A DNA stretch of 64,000 bases from Balanoglossus misakiensis (lineage: Eukaryota > Animalia > Hemichordata), in assembly GCA_040954595.2 (NCBI GenBank), contig CM082583.2, positions 5,516,849 through 5,580,848 of the forward strand, given 5' to 3'. Both the position numbers and the translations under genes were made by a program. The notes beneath the pieces are model-generated. The model was not told the DNA's origin. It did no database searches and was given only the letters and a program-made list of their open reading frames with translations. This document shows positions 23,186-37,266 of this stretch, one piece after another (position 1 is the first letter of the stretch; each line of letters starts with the position of its first letter).

Positions 23186-24694
23186 TCATGAAATAGCTTC
23201 TGTGATTGCTGTCACTATTGTTGAAACTTCTGCCATTCCTCCATAACCTGAAGTAAAAAAAATATGGTCATAAAAACTATGAAAGCATTTATTTACATAT
23301 GCAATGTTTAAAGAACTGTTATCCAACCTCTGGAACTCACACCTTTTCAGAGATGGGGTGGGGTGGGGGTGGGGGTGGTACTGATTAAACTTTACCTATG
23401 TCACCACAAGCTAACTTCTTTTCAACACATGGCACCTCCCTGTAACCAAATTCTTTGAGTGTCGTGATCTGTCTTGCAGTCAGCGGATGTTGCCACATGA
23501 GTGTGTTCATGGCAGGGCAGAAGAGCAATGGTTTTTGAGAGTCCCATGCTCTCACTAAACATGTCTGTGAAACAAAAGAAAGAGATATTAATCTCAATTA
23601 GGACGTACTTCATAAAGCAAATTCGCAACACTAAAATATCCATACATATTCCACTGGCAACATTGTGAGGAATCCCACTTTGGCCAACGCTCAGGGTCCT
23701 GGCATCCCGATAGGCAACCTTTCCCCCCTATTGTCATGATATGGATCTGTCCTAACCCACAAAATCAATAGGACTGGATGAAAGGCTGGCTGTCAACAAT
23801 GAATGGACCCACTGCATCAGATCATTGAAAGAAATGACTTCCTTCAATCGCAGGTAACTCACTCACCAGTAAATTATCACAAATTCCGTTGGAAATTTTG
23901 GCCAGGGTGTTAGCATCGAGGGGAGCGATGACCAAGATGTCAGCCCATCTTCGCAGCTCGATATGCAACACAGGATCTTCCATCTTTTGCCACATCTTTT
24001 CACATAATACACAGAAAATAGTGCATTAATGAATTTGAATATCATACTGTGGTTAAGATATTTAACTCACTGGTTGACACTATCCACCAAGGGCACAAAA
24101 ACACAAATACACATTTCTGTTATTGGTTTGTCGTTGGCTTAAGTTCCCTAATGTAGCTAAAACGGATCCATATTATAACAGAACAGACAAAGATGATTGA
24201 CAGCAAAGCGTTTCCATGGTATCACTTTCAAACAGTACCTGCCATTCATCAGCATCTGTGTGAACTTTAACCTCCTTCGGCAATGAATTCAAATCAAAGA
24301 AGTGTAAGGAGTTCTCAGTGGTAACTACCTGAATGTTGACCTGTGTGTATAAAATATTCCGAATCAATTCATAAGAATACAATAAAGTATTTAAAATATA
24401 ATTCAATCACGATATGGAAACTATGATGACTCAAACTACTTGCTAGTGTGCCCTCAACGGTCGGGCTATGTTTTCGGGTCTCTGTATTCAAACTGTGGCC
24501 CACACTCACGTCACAGCCATGCTCGATCGACGTCGGTTGATCGTGATGGGTACAATGTTCACAGTATCACTTACACTTTCCATTTTCTTGAGCAGTTCTT
24601 CTATAAGTATAGGGACTTTTATGGAAGCTACACTGCCTGTACAACCAATAAGTATGTGTTTAGCCGGAGACTCCCCTCTCTCAGTCTCAGCCAT
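23186..24694 (-). CDS. PPCDC: Phosphopantothenoylcysteine decarboxylase (HFCD flavoprotein, CoA synthesis)
   Basis: Exons 24694-24575, 24340-24239, 23995-23867, 23564-23396, 23247-23186. Motifs ILIGCTGSVASIK, DADEW..VLHIELRRWADILVIAPLDANTLAKISNGICDNLL, CPAMNTLMWQHP, KKLACGDIGYGGMAEV. Confidence 0.97.
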
Positions 24695-24910
24695 TTCATT
24701 GAACGTGAGTTGCGCTAGGCTTTGGCTTTGATTTCGGTTTCGGATTCAGGCTCCAGAAAAAACGAGTGTGTGTAATGCTCTGAATACCACATATATGTCA
24801 TACTACCTTTTGGTTTACAATGACTGGTTTACCTGCTCTAAATAACATATTTTAGTCTTAAAGGAATAACAAATGCGTTATAAAACATGGTTTTATAAAC
24901 AAAATTGCTA

Positions 24911-24925
24911 CCACCAGAGGGCGCC
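24911..24925 (+). promoter_or_regulatory. CTCF-type motif in the PPCDC/FBXO33 divergent promoter region
   Basis: CCACCAGAGGGCGCC is a near-perfect CTCF core; an ATTGG (CCAAT box) follows at ~24941. Confidence 0.65.
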
Positions 24926-26033
24926 CCATTGTTGAATCTGATTGGTCCGGAAACACAATTTCTGCAAATTGTTCTTTAGAGCTTTATACAGCAGTAGCAC
25001 AAGCTTAAGAGCGAACATTTAATAGTTCGCATGAAAATGAACAAACAATAAACCTTTTCTATTATAAATATATTTCAGATCTATCTATATTACATGTATA
25101 TACCGGGATGGATATCATTGATTTAGGCCAATACACAACGTATCATTATTGATTGCTGATTGTGTTCGAAGGACAAATGTCTTTAATGGTACTTTTAGAG
25201 CTTGCTGACAATTATTATTGGAATAAAAAATACCCCAAGTAATTTTAACAATCGTGTCCACACGCGGTCAAAGTGTCGTAAGTAGTAAGAGACAATACGC
25301 CGCCCCTATTTCAAAAAGGTAAAGTCGGCATGATTCACACAAGATGCACTTTTGTTGAAACAGGAAAATCTTAAACCACGCAAATCGAACAAATTTGTCG
25401 GTTTTTCCTGTGACAAATCTTCCTATGAACCGAACTTGATTTTAAAACGTTAAGTCACCAAAATACACACTGAATTCCTTGAAATTTACAGATGCGACTC
25501 TTTATATAGGTAAAGTAAATTCTTACCAATACCCAAATCCTAACTTAAAGTCGGACGGGCATAATTCAGCAAACCGAAATTTAGCAAAAGAAAAGGTTCG
25601 GGATAATAGCTCAGTTAGTTGAATTCAAGTCAGGACTTTAATTGAGAACAAACAAATTTGACAATCATGTGACGCATATCCCTGTAAAAACAGTCTTCAG
25701 TGCGTCACGTATGTTCCTCGTTTCCCAGGTGCTTCACCATTACCCCCAGCAAATGTTTTGGACTCTCTAGCTCTCTAAGAAAATGTCTGTTTTGGCATTT
25801 TTAAATGGTTGTAATTTGACTCAAATCTTTCAATGAGTGGAAATTCGAGACTTTATACCCGAAAATTATGTATAAACATTTGAAGCACTGGTACCTATAT
25901 AACTGATTTGCAAACTTCTTGAAGAGTGCACAATTTAACTCATTTCACTAAAGTATGCCATAGTACAATTTGACGCAAGCTGTCCGTATATATTGGGCGA
26001 GCATTAGTGTGTAAATGTTAGTGCAGTGAAAAG

Positions 26034-28112
26034 ATGGCGGTGTCCTCCACAGCAGACTGGAGTCGTCTCCCTTCCGTTATAATTGTGGACATTCTCGCAT
26101 TTTTGCCACATAAAGATAGACTCAATGCTTCCGCAACGTGCTCCAGATGGCGTCAATGTTTATTTCACCCTTCTATGTGGAGAAGCATTGAGCTCAACCT
26201 CGGTAGCGAATACGAACGTGAACGGGCCAATTTTCTCTCCTCCAGGTGCGGCAATTTTGCGAGAAATTTCAGTCTGGAGTGGCCGGACGACTTTGACGCG
26301 AGTAAAAATGCCCTTGCTGTACTTCACAGACTTGGAAGAAACAGAAGACTGCTAAAATTTTGCCTAAACGTCTGCAATTATGAATTCGACGACGAAACGC
26401 TTAACGGGTGAGTATATTTCGCCATTTTTGTTGTGTTTATTGCATGTCTCTTGCATGTCGACGCGACACGGGCAACATACAAATTCGTAAACAGCAGCAA
26501 TTTGCTTTCGAAAACATTTCGAAGACTGTCAGCAGGCTTGTTTATATCAAAGAACGGTATTCGTGACAGTGGAAACCAGCCATTTTGCCTTTCTGAATAA
26601 AAAACAACAGCAGTCCCCACGACCTTGATACGTGTGTTTGCGTACTGCTGCGTTAGGTCTTCGTTTAGCTACATACACGTATTGTAAACATCGTATTAGT
26701 AGCTCGAAGTAGGCGTGGCCGCCATTCGACGTTTTCGATTCACACGACCACCGCCGATACAATAGTACAGGTGAATGTTAAATCCAAATGTTTGTTGTGT
26801 CATTTCAGATTTATTGGCGCAGCAGGAGATATTTTGCTGAATTCCAAGAAGTTGAAATACCTGTCTTTGGGATACATCCATGAGCTTTGCGATTCAGAGC
26901 TGTTGTATAGAATAGGTGATAACTGTGGTACATCTCTGACAACTCTTCATCTGGCCAGTCTCTTATTGGATGATTCCCCTCCAGGTATTGAACCCCACTG
27001 CCTGAGGGCGTTCAAAAACCTTCAGGTACTGAGTTTGAACTATGACGACCTAAGCGCTGATCTGTTCTCGGTCCTCTCGCAGCCCAACCGGGCGAAACTA
27101 CAGCACCTCCTGGTCTTGGCGGATGGACTGGAAAGCGGCAAGCCCAAGATACTGGATAGCATGTGGCAGGGACTTGTCGCCTACCACCCACAGCTGAGGG
27201 TCACCCTCACGCTTCTCAGCATTCACCCTTCAGAGATCATGGACATTCTGAGACCCAGCATGCCGCTGAAAACCCTGAGGATCATGTACAGTGGTCCCGT
27301 CCCAAGATCCACCATTGATTTCGTGTCAACCTACAACAAGAAGACACTGGAGGCTTTGTATTTACATGAGCATGTCGACACAGACGAGGCACCACATCTG
27401 CTCTTTCCAGACACTGAAGGTGTGGAAGACCCACTGGTGATGCTTGCATGGAGATGCTACAAGTTGTCGTATCTGTCTATAATTGGTAAGTTTGGAGAGT
27501 TTGCTTCTGACAGATTCCCTAACCTGTTTGGCACAATTTGGTATGGATGGGATTCTTTACCGTCTTATTGTCCGACTGCCTTATTTTTATTCTGTAAAAA
27601 ATATAAAAAGATAGGACAAAAGGCATCTGCACAGAGAATGTTTGTTAGGACTGAACTTGGTGTGAGGTTTCACTTTTACATAACTCGGATATTGTGCAAA
27701 AAAAAAATGACCAAAACAAGAACACCACTTGTGCCATTGCCAAGAGAAATAACAGCCCTTTTCTGGATAGACGCAGGTGAGTAATGAGATTTTGATTGAT
27801 TTTTTGCTTTGATTCCGACTCAACTTTGTAGTCATTCTTGTCATTGCTTGTCTGTTCTACATTTTCATAGGTTATGAAGTCATGGATGAAAACTTGATTG
27901 CCATCGCGAGATTACGCGGCCAGAAACTGAAGACACTAGAAATACTCAGCGATTACATTGTGGACCAAACAGCGGAGGAGAACGGGGCAACAGACGACCT
28001 AGTGAAACAGCTATCACAAGAATTGGGCAAGAATTGGAGTCCCGTAGAGTCTGTGGAGGAACCAACCTTTCCAGCCATCTTGAAGTCTGATCTGCTGGTT
28101 TCAGCAGAATAA
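26034..28112 (+). CDS. FBXO33: F-box only protein 33 (F-box + LRR-like)
   Basis: Exons 26034-26407, 26809-27485, 27871-28112. F-box WSRLPSVIIVDILAFLPHKDRLNASATCSRWRQCLFHPSMW; C-terminal EDPLVMLAWRC..GY..NLIAIARLRG..LEI is the FBXO33 signature. Confidence 0.88.
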
Positions 28113-28477
28113 ATGAGATAAGTGTTCCATTGTGTTTTCGCTATAAAAAAAAAACCAACAAAGCGATGAAAAGAATATACGCACATGGAACTGTGACATT
28201 TAATATATAAGTATAAATCACTGATGCAGTATAAGAAACTTCTAGGAAGAAAATGCATCTGTTTTATTTAAAGATACTAAGCTTGATGAATACAATGTGT
28301 GCAATTACAAATTTTGAGCACAATAAGGGAAGAAGAAGAAATACAGAGAAACAGTATTGAAATTTCCACTGAAGTGGTTAAATCCGAAGATTTATATGGA
28401 CCATTTATAACACCATCAATCCTGTGAGTGAAGCTTTGGCAGTGTTAACAATTAACAGTAAGTGAACTGATCATGAG

Positions 28478-28566
28478 TTAACCTTTTCACCCCTGAATAG
28501 CTGTAATGGTTCTACCCATGCCATTTAAAATAAAGGGTTTGGACCAAAGGATGCTGAAAGGGTTAA
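28478..28566. mobile_element. TTAA-flanked MITE, same family as 3744-3836
   Basis: TTAA-CCTTTTCA ... TGAAAGGG-TTAA; shared internal TTTGGACC/GGTCCAAA motif in reverse orientation. Confidence 0.7.
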
Positions 28567-31500
28567 AGGAAGCACTAATGAATTTACGGAATTGTTGTTA
28601 CTGTGATAATGTTATTTTGGCCCGTTTAAAGTGCATTTGCATTTCATGGATTTCAGATATGGTGCCACTTTGGCCAGGTGGTACCAGCCGAGCTTTATAA
28701 AGTATTGATGGTGTTGAAAATGTTACCATTTAGAGAAAAAAACACTGAAGCAAAAGTGAACCATGTGAAGTTAAAAGATTCGAACGAAAAAACTGCCTGT
28801 GTGGCAGATAGTTGAAGGGAGACGTTTACAACAATTCTTTAAAAAGAAAAAGACACAACCAGTCATTTACATCTCACTGCCTTTTGAGTGAATATAATCT
28901 TGTATAGTAAGATCTGAGTATTTTTCAAAGAGAGGTTTTGTCTGCTGTGCAGGCAGTTCATACTTAGGCTATATTTATTGTTGCAAACATGCAAAGTGGT
29001 TACAACCTTTGACCTGATGGTCTTCTGCATTGAACAAGGCAAGGAGTGTAATCTTTATGATATCGAGTTCACATTTGTTGCTAAAACGATATCAAGTGGA
29101 ATTTTTTTTAAGCTTAAAGAACTTGTGTCCAGCAATTACGAAGAGCTGAGAGCAAAGTGATGGAGATAAAACTAAGCATTTACATGAGTTTTAATCACTG
29201 TACCTCCATTGCCCTGTTTGCATGGTCTGTCTGCCAAGAATGTTGTGTATTTCGCAGGCACTGTGGGGTGAAGATTACGGAAGGAGTTATCTGAATTGTT
29301 CTATATAGTTTATACCATCAGAAGTTTCTGTACTGTATAAAGTCCATCGAATTCCCTGTAAGATATCTATCTAGAGTGATCTGGTCACAGAGAACCGACC
29401 AGAATATATAAGCAAGGTTTAAAAGAATAACATAAAAAAGACCTGTAAATATATTTTTATATATCAAATGAAAACCAACTAGAAGTGAAAAGTATGTATA
29501 TATGTAGTAATAAGGAGGAGAGAATACAATCAAGAGAATATTTGTTAGTTGTTTACAGTTAACAAAAAACAAAGTCATTGAAGCACAAAAGAATATTTGC
29601 AAACGATCAATAATAAGAAGAGATTTACAAAAGTTCCAACTTCAGCGGTGGTGCAGTTTATGTCAAAAGCCAACGTGACAACCACTGCATTCGTGTTTAT
29701 GTATAGTACCTGCATGCGCTATTTATGTGTATACCATACCCTTTTGTTAGTTTTAAATGTTTTTTTTTAGAGACAGTAGGATTTTTAACTATGTTGCACA
29801 CGCACACAGACAACACAGTTTTGATAAACACATCCTGGCCCCGTTCACATCACATGACATCTACCTCATTAAATCACACATACCAGTGGGTTTTTTTACC
29901 GCCAAGAAAAAAAGTCATCATTTTTTGGTGCTACCATGTCCAATGCAAGTGTCTCTGTACTTGGAACAACAAAATTTGAAATGTCAGGCCTCTCAATCCA
30001 TTGCTTTGGCCAGGGAGCACAACAACAGAGTACAAGTTTTGCTTTTTTTGTCCAGTCTTAGTGCATCATAACCAGACAAAAAAATTTCCAGTACTGTACC
30101 TCAAGAACGATAGTTGGAATTTTGTTTTCTTGTCTGCATGAAGGAACATCCCAACTCTCTCCCTGTATAAAATATAAGCAATGTGTGCAGTGGTGTGACC
30201 CATGTTACCGAGTGTGGTAGAGTAGCTTTGAAGTGTAGATGTGAGGAGTCAAAAGCAATGTCTAACATCGTACCAATATATTTTTAGCATTTTAGGCCAA
30301 GAATACTATCGTGCAATAACAAAACTGTTGAGGTTTTGATCAGCGAGTTAAACAAATATTCCAGTTGTCATGTTGACAAGTATGGCATCCCTCTGAAATA
30401 TACATATTCGGCATTACCAGCTGAGGAGGACTTGTGGAGTTCAGCACCTAGTGCTTTAATATCTGTGGCACAGCCTTACATATCTTGATTTTGAGAAATA
30501 TTTACAGAGTTCTAAAGCACTGGGATCAGTTTCCAACATTACTTTCATATCTTATTGCTGCTGGACGGATGGTACAGGTCGCGAGTAACGGCTCAATGTA
30601 TATATATCAACTGTGCAAGATAAATCGGACTACAGTATTTACAAGATAGGACTGTGGCTAAAATAAGTTGATTGTGCAGTTACATGGTTGCTATCATGAG
30701 CTGAATTATTGTGGCAAGGAATGGACATATTGACATTTCCACAATTTGTCCCAGACAGCTGAAATAAATGTACCAGCTCTGTGAAACATTTTGGTTTCCA
30801 TTTTGCTTGACATACTGTAATAATCTGTAGGGCAGGGAAACTGATTTTGAAATCTCACTGTGTTTACTGGCCTTATATTCAACCATTTATTTTTTCGGTT
30901 TTGATTTGCATGTGCAGCTCAAGTGTCTTGAGTTTCAGAATTTACTCTTCACATCATATTTACTGGCACTCTTGTGTGTGGTCGTGGTTTGTTCAGTGTA
31001 TAAAGCAGTTGTCGGTGGGCATTTGGCATGTTAAGTGCAAGCAATGACTCTACAGCTAAAGTGTGTGCGACTTGGAGCTTAACAGCGTGTCAAGTTGGTT
31101 CATTTGGTATACACTTATAAAAATTGTACATATTGTATGTTAAAAGACTGTCTTTGCAGAGGTCTCTAGTGTTACACTTCAAATGTATTAAAACGTCAGA
31201 TTATATTTGTAGGATCTGTAATAGTTAAAAAGGGTAGGTTTCTTCAGGCGTGTCCCAACACGTCAAAGATTCGTTTCGAGTGTGCTTTAATGTACATGTA
31301 TATGCTTGTTATATTTAAATCCATAGTTCTCATGTTTCCATGCGTCTCTTGAGGCATTCTGTAACCTTTTTTGTGCATGGATGTGTAGTGACTGACTGTA
31401 GTCATGTGTATACAGATATTGTGCTGTGTTCTGTTTTAAGCCATGTGTAACAACAAGAGGACCACTTTTTTGATCGAAAATTCCAGATTTATACATATTC

Positions 31501-32879
31501 TCAATCAGGTAAAGGTGGCTCAGATTGAGGTGACACGAACAGGATGAAAAAAAGTGTAGAATTTTGTCCACAGTAAGACTGACTTGAATTTTTTTACACA
31601 CATTCCTATCCCTCGAGCCTCAACCCCAACCATAAGTTGGATCAACCCAGCTACCATCCACACAGTCTGGGTCATTCCATTATTACATTATGGGGGTGTA
31701 GGAGTTTAAATCATGGTGTTGCTGTGTTGTCCACCATTATTACTAAGTAAACGGTGCTAACTTGAACAGTGCAATATACATACATTTGTAACACCAAAGA
31801 ATTCTACCTTCATTTAAACCAGTCGTCCACTATATTTGTCACTGACCAAAACGTCTAAAATGCTTAAAATAAGAATATTCAGCATAGGACAATGAGTGTG
31901 GGAATAGGTTTATCAAATAAATCCTGCATCAACACTGATGTCACAAAGTGCTTGGATACCTTTGATGTGTCAACAGGTGATATTTAAAATGGATTGGTTG
32001 TTAATTCAGGTTTTGATACAATATGACTATTTTCAGTCACATTTAAAAAGCGTTGAAAACGGGATCATTCTGATTTTGACTATGCAAACTGGATAGAGTG
32101 CAGACTTGTACAGATTACAGCAGGTGTGCGGCTGTCAATATTCAAATGTCCACACATACTGTATTCCTTATGCAGATTCAGTCTTTTGTAGACAGTGGGT
32201 TACAGGGGTTTTGGGGGAATTAACTTGTTGGGAATACAGTGTTTTGAACTCTTTGAGACTGTGTAAAAGTTTAAAACCAGATGTTCTCATTGAAATCAGA
32301 GTGGCGGTGGTCACATTTTCAACCAATCAGATTAGTTGTTTCACTGGAGGGTGACAGTCCACTGATTATGTGAAACAAAATGTTCAAAGAAGGGCTTCCT
32401 AATCTGTTGAAATATCAGAACAAAATGAACAATTATAAAGCAACAGTGGCAAACTTTAAAAAGTTTTGTGACAAGTGTTACAAGTTGTACTGCTTGGTGT
32501 TTATGTGAAGTATTCAGTCCTACTCAAGTAGGACGAGGTGGATTACGATTGAAAAAGTAAAACTGCAAGTCCGTTTTATTTCATTTTTTGTGTTGAAAGG
32601 GGTCACACACTTGTTTAACAGTCAACTGTAAATAAAGCGGGTTCTTGAAAAGATGTAAGCAAGGTTGAAACTCGTACAGTGGTAATTTACATGGCGTCTG
32701 TACCGGTTTATTCCTATAGAATCTAGTATTCAGTGTATCAGTATCTGCTTGTTGTATACTGCAAGTTTATTACTCATGTTTAGTGTTGTGTTCAGAGTGT
32801 AAATTGCCTGGTGTGTATTTCAGTCTTGATCAGAGATTTAAGATGATCATGAAAAATGCTGTAGTATAGATATTCAAAC

Positions 32880-32975
32880 ATTCACACACTCACATGCATG
32901 CACAGAAACGCACACAAGTACACACACCCACATGTACACACACATACACAAATGCACACAAGTACATATGTATAC
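32880..32975. repeat. Imperfect (CA)n-type microsatellite
   Basis: cacacactcacatgcatgcacagaaacgcacacaagtacacacacccacatgtacacacacatacac... Confidence 0.7.
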
Positions 32976-34020
32976 ATCATATGTCCTTTTTTCTAGGACA
33001 TGCTTATTTATCAAGAGGAGAAGTTGTTCAGTAGATATTCCTATTTCATTTGATACAGCTGATGATGCTACATAGAAGCAAAAGTATAATTTATTCAACT
33101 CAAAATATTGGCATCTGAAATTGTTTCACTGAAATGAAAAGGGTTGGATTCCACCTACCAATAATTTACATGAGTCCTATATCAGCATTAATTTGCATCC
33201 AGGTGGTCACTTCTCCTTTTCACCCTCCTCATCATCATCTTTATCATCATCAATTCATCATTATCACAGCCTCATTCTCCTCATCCTACATGCCCCTTTC
33301 CTTGGCAAATAAGTCAGAACCAGTCAGTATCCGTACTTTTTCACATAGCAATAAAATATCCCAGTCAAAAAGAAACAGATTCAACTTCAGTTAGCATTAT
33401 TGTCAGCAGACGCCTTCCTGGCTTTGGATAGAACACAAATATTTATTTTGGCGGTCAAACATTCGCACAAATGCATGGATATTCTTGTACAAGCATTGGT
33501 TGTTCTCCTCTTCGCCTTCATTGTCACAAATACCCTGTATGCATGTACTTGAACACCAACATACTAGTAAGTGTGCACATGAGTACATTTAGCTCAGCAT
33601 AGATAGTCTTTTGATACAAAATGTATAATGTTACTGTTTAATAGTTTAGACCATTGCTATTTCCCAATATATATGTAGGATAAGAGTTGTTGAGAATTCA
33701 TCTCAGCTATGTGGGATGAATTGCCCCACAGAGGCATAACAAAAAACCTTGTCTCTTATCCAACCCCAACATGCATCTTAATCTCTGTTATCCTCGTTCA
33801 TTATATTTACAGTAGTTAATCAGTTGGAACCTTACAGTGGCCATATACTAGTAGTTTCCCCAGCTGTGTGTGATATATTTACTACCCTGTCATTTGACAA
33901 TTATCTCCAAATCTATATAATTTCATTAAAGTGCTTATGTACCATAAGTGTTCCGTGTTTATACCGTTGAGGAAAATTGTCTTTGAATTTCCAATACTAG
34001 TATTGTATTTCTCTGCTTGA

Positions 34021-34212
34021 AAAAAAAATCAATTTTGAGTAGGCCAACCTGTTTGCTTTCCAAATCCTGTATGTGCTGTTATTGATGTAAAATCCAGGGA
34101 ATTTACATGTCATAATATTGTAGCTGTTCGTATGAGCTTTACTATACATATCTGGGTTTTGTGTTTGGCATTTAGCAAAACTGGTTGGCCTACTTTAAAC
34201 TTGGATTTTTTT
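34021..34212. repeat. Imperfect ~37-bp inverted repeat (old MITE or RNA hairpin)
   Basis: AGTAGGCCAACC (34038-34049) vs GGTTGGCCTACT (34183-34194), with imperfect pairing extending on both sides. Confidence 0.6.
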
Positions 34213-37200
34213 GCTTGATAATTAGAATAAATTGTTTAATTGTTTTGCACAGTTTGGTAGTTTTCTGTGCAGTGCTTTGTCGTACAAAATAGGCCAGTGT
34301 GGTCATTTAATGTACACATTTGATATTTGTTGTCAAGCTTGTGTAAAATTTGGTTTGAAAACAGATTTGTAATTTGAAACGACACTGAACATTTTGCGTG
34401 ACCATTTTTCGGCGTATCATTCATAAGAAACAGGGTTCGTACACTCCTAGAAAGTCCTTGGAAAAATGAAATTTTCTCTCGAGACAGTCTTTGAGAACTG
34501 GTATTTCTATCTGTGCCATCATGGTGAATGGGGAAAAACATTGACAAAGTCATGCTCAATGTGGAAAATTCCATTTTCGTCAAATACTTAATGAAATCAC
34601 TGGAAAAGCTGGAATATTGAGTGACTGTCGAGTGTACAAACTCTGTCAGAGGTTTTATATGAAGTCTTCATTTCAGTGTTCACAAAATTATGGAACCCAA
34701 ATTATACTTATTATTTTGTATTGGTTTATACATAGTACCACCAGAAAAAAATCACTTTTCAGCTTCATGTTGGACTTGCTAACTTTGGTATCTTTACAAA
34801 ATACCATTTGAGAACAAAGTCTAAAATCATGTTTTCCAAGAAAGGTACAGGCAAGCCACTGCTGCCTACAGTGATGGATGGACATGTTCTATCCTGCAGA
34901 GGATGTGGTATGGGGGTTTGTTAGCTTTGCGGCTCAACTGGGCAGATGACCAATCTGTCTGGCCCACAGCAGCCAAGAGTCAGAACACTTTGCGATTCCA
35001 ATACAAATGTATTTCCTGACTTTGTGCAGCGACAAATGCAATCCTTCATGGATAATGTTCAGCTGGTCTGTGCTTACCGGTAAAAGCAGTCGCCCTCCAC
35101 CTCCAGCTCAAAAGATAAGCACTTCGATTGCAGTTAAAATGAGAAGTTAAATGGCCTATTTCCTGGTTGAACCTGTGGCAGACGTCATAGTCTGCTGATC
35201 TTAATTTGGTAAAAAGCCAATCCTTGATGGTAATGGCATTTTTGTCTTCATAGCTGCCTTCCTAATGGCACTCTTCATATTCCTGTCACTGTTCAAATGC
35301 ATCATGGTCTGGGTGATAAAAGGAAACTGTCTGGCTTGGCGTGCATGCCTTTTTTCGTGTATGTGTTCTCTGCAAAATGGAAAAAAAAACCTCCAAGATT
35401 TAAACAACACCTGTACAATTTCAAACCAGGTTTTCAAACTGTGCTTGCTTTAATGAGATCATTTATAGACAAGAGCTATGTCTAAACGTGCTGTGTTGTT
35501 TAGATAACTTTTTTAATCTACTATATCAGATTGTTTTCTGTTTATCCTTGGGATATGTTTGGGTGCATACAGTGGACAAGACCCATCATTCCTGTCTGCA
35601 CAATCCAGCAAATCCATAGAGGTGTTTTGTTTTAAGTATCGCCGGTAACGGTAATTTTAATATTTTAAACTATTTGTTTTTTAATTCCATATCAAGTACT
35701 TTTCTCATTTACACAAGTTATGTTTTGTTCTGTAATAAAGCACGCTGTGTTAATTTAATATGTGGTCGAAGGGCAAGACCCAACTTTGGGACAAAAGTTG
35801 TGTTAACAAAGCTAATTGTTTCTATGTTTAGTTCCAATAAACAATAATTGCTATTACTGCAAACTTGTCTTAGTGTGCTGTTTATGTTGTAAAATTTTAA
35901 ATGGGCGAATACAGTGATGCAATCTTACTACCTTCACAGCATGTAAATCCAACATAAAGTGAATACTTGGTATAAAAATTACAGGAGGGAAAATAATTTT
36001 GCAAAATGACATCCAAGGTTGCCAAAATATATCTCTTCAATTATTCACTTTATATCAGTAAAAAAAAACAATTCTCAAAATTTGATCCACAAATTTACAA
36101 ATCTTTATCATTATCAAAGTTTTAAAATACAAAGATATATCTCTGTCAAGACAATAAGACATTTCCACTGAAAATTAGTATGCAAATAGACAAACATCAG
36201 ACATATGAATATAACACAAAAAACATAATCACTTCCCGGGATTCCATGAAGTAGACCCATCTGATATACGTGATAAACTCTAGACTGTAACTTTAATGAG
36301 GTAAAGCCTGAGTCATAGTGTTGGTAGTGAATACTAATAAAGAAAACTTTCACATGTAGAAATCAGAATTTCGATCCAGCAAAATTTTCACTTTCAATGA
36401 CAAATTCTCTGTTTAAAATCTGAAATATTTCTGGAAACATTTACACAGCTCTTATTCACTGTTATCTCTTTAAGATTACAAAAAATTCAAGTACCATATT
36501 TACACTGTCACATTGGTGTTGCAGCAGATTTCTGGTGCATGATAATTATTAATATTCTCTGCGAAGTCAACACGAAATCCATGATGGCATGTGACCAGTT
36601 TCCCTGATATTAGTGTTCGACTAACACATCAATAAAGGGCTCTTTAACATGCCTGGGCATACACTCCAGGGGCTACTTATGCCCTCTTGGTTTGCATACT
36701 TTTTATGACCATCCTCATCATAAAGAAATACAGGCACATCATTGCATTGTAATTCTTGCTGCTCTGAATAGGTTTTTACCACCTAGGTGAGTGATAATAA
36801 TTAAGTTGTTACAGATCAAATAGGATTGCCTATGGAGAGCGCGATAACAGAAAGCTGACCATACATGTAAATTACTGCAAATTTGCATATTTAACAAATT
36901 TGTGGAATTATGGCTTTAAATAATCCACAATTACTGTGCGAAACACTATGAAACTCCCTGAAGATACTTATTTATTACAATGAAAGACTTTGATGAGTTT
37001 AATCTTTGACGAGTTTAATGGCAAGTTATTGCTCACTTTTCTGCATATTTTCAGTCTTTACTATTAAAAGCATAAGCGCGTATTCACTCTACATCTGTTT
37101 CCCCCATGTACGTGAGTTGAAAATATAATTATTCATAAAGCTATGACTCCTAGCTTTGGTCAACTATAATTTTTCGTAAAAACATCCTTCAATTCAGATA

Positions 37201-37266
37201 ACAGCTGCATAGCATGATACATGAATCAACTTTTGATATGTGTAGTCTGACGATAGCTGCCCTGGT

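Noticed and set aside
26034-28112. FBXL3/FBXL21 assignment
   Set aside because: The DPLVMLAWRC and NLIAIARLRG motifs fit FBXO33, and the FBXL3 C-terminal tail is absent.
34925-34978. Possible pre-miRNA-like hairpin
   Set aside because: Pairing is short and interrupted, and no known mature miRNA was recognised.
28506-36353. Many 60-115-aa ORFs in the FBXO33-GBA1 gap
   Set aside because: Composition is random AT-rich sequence; no coherent spliced gene could be built.
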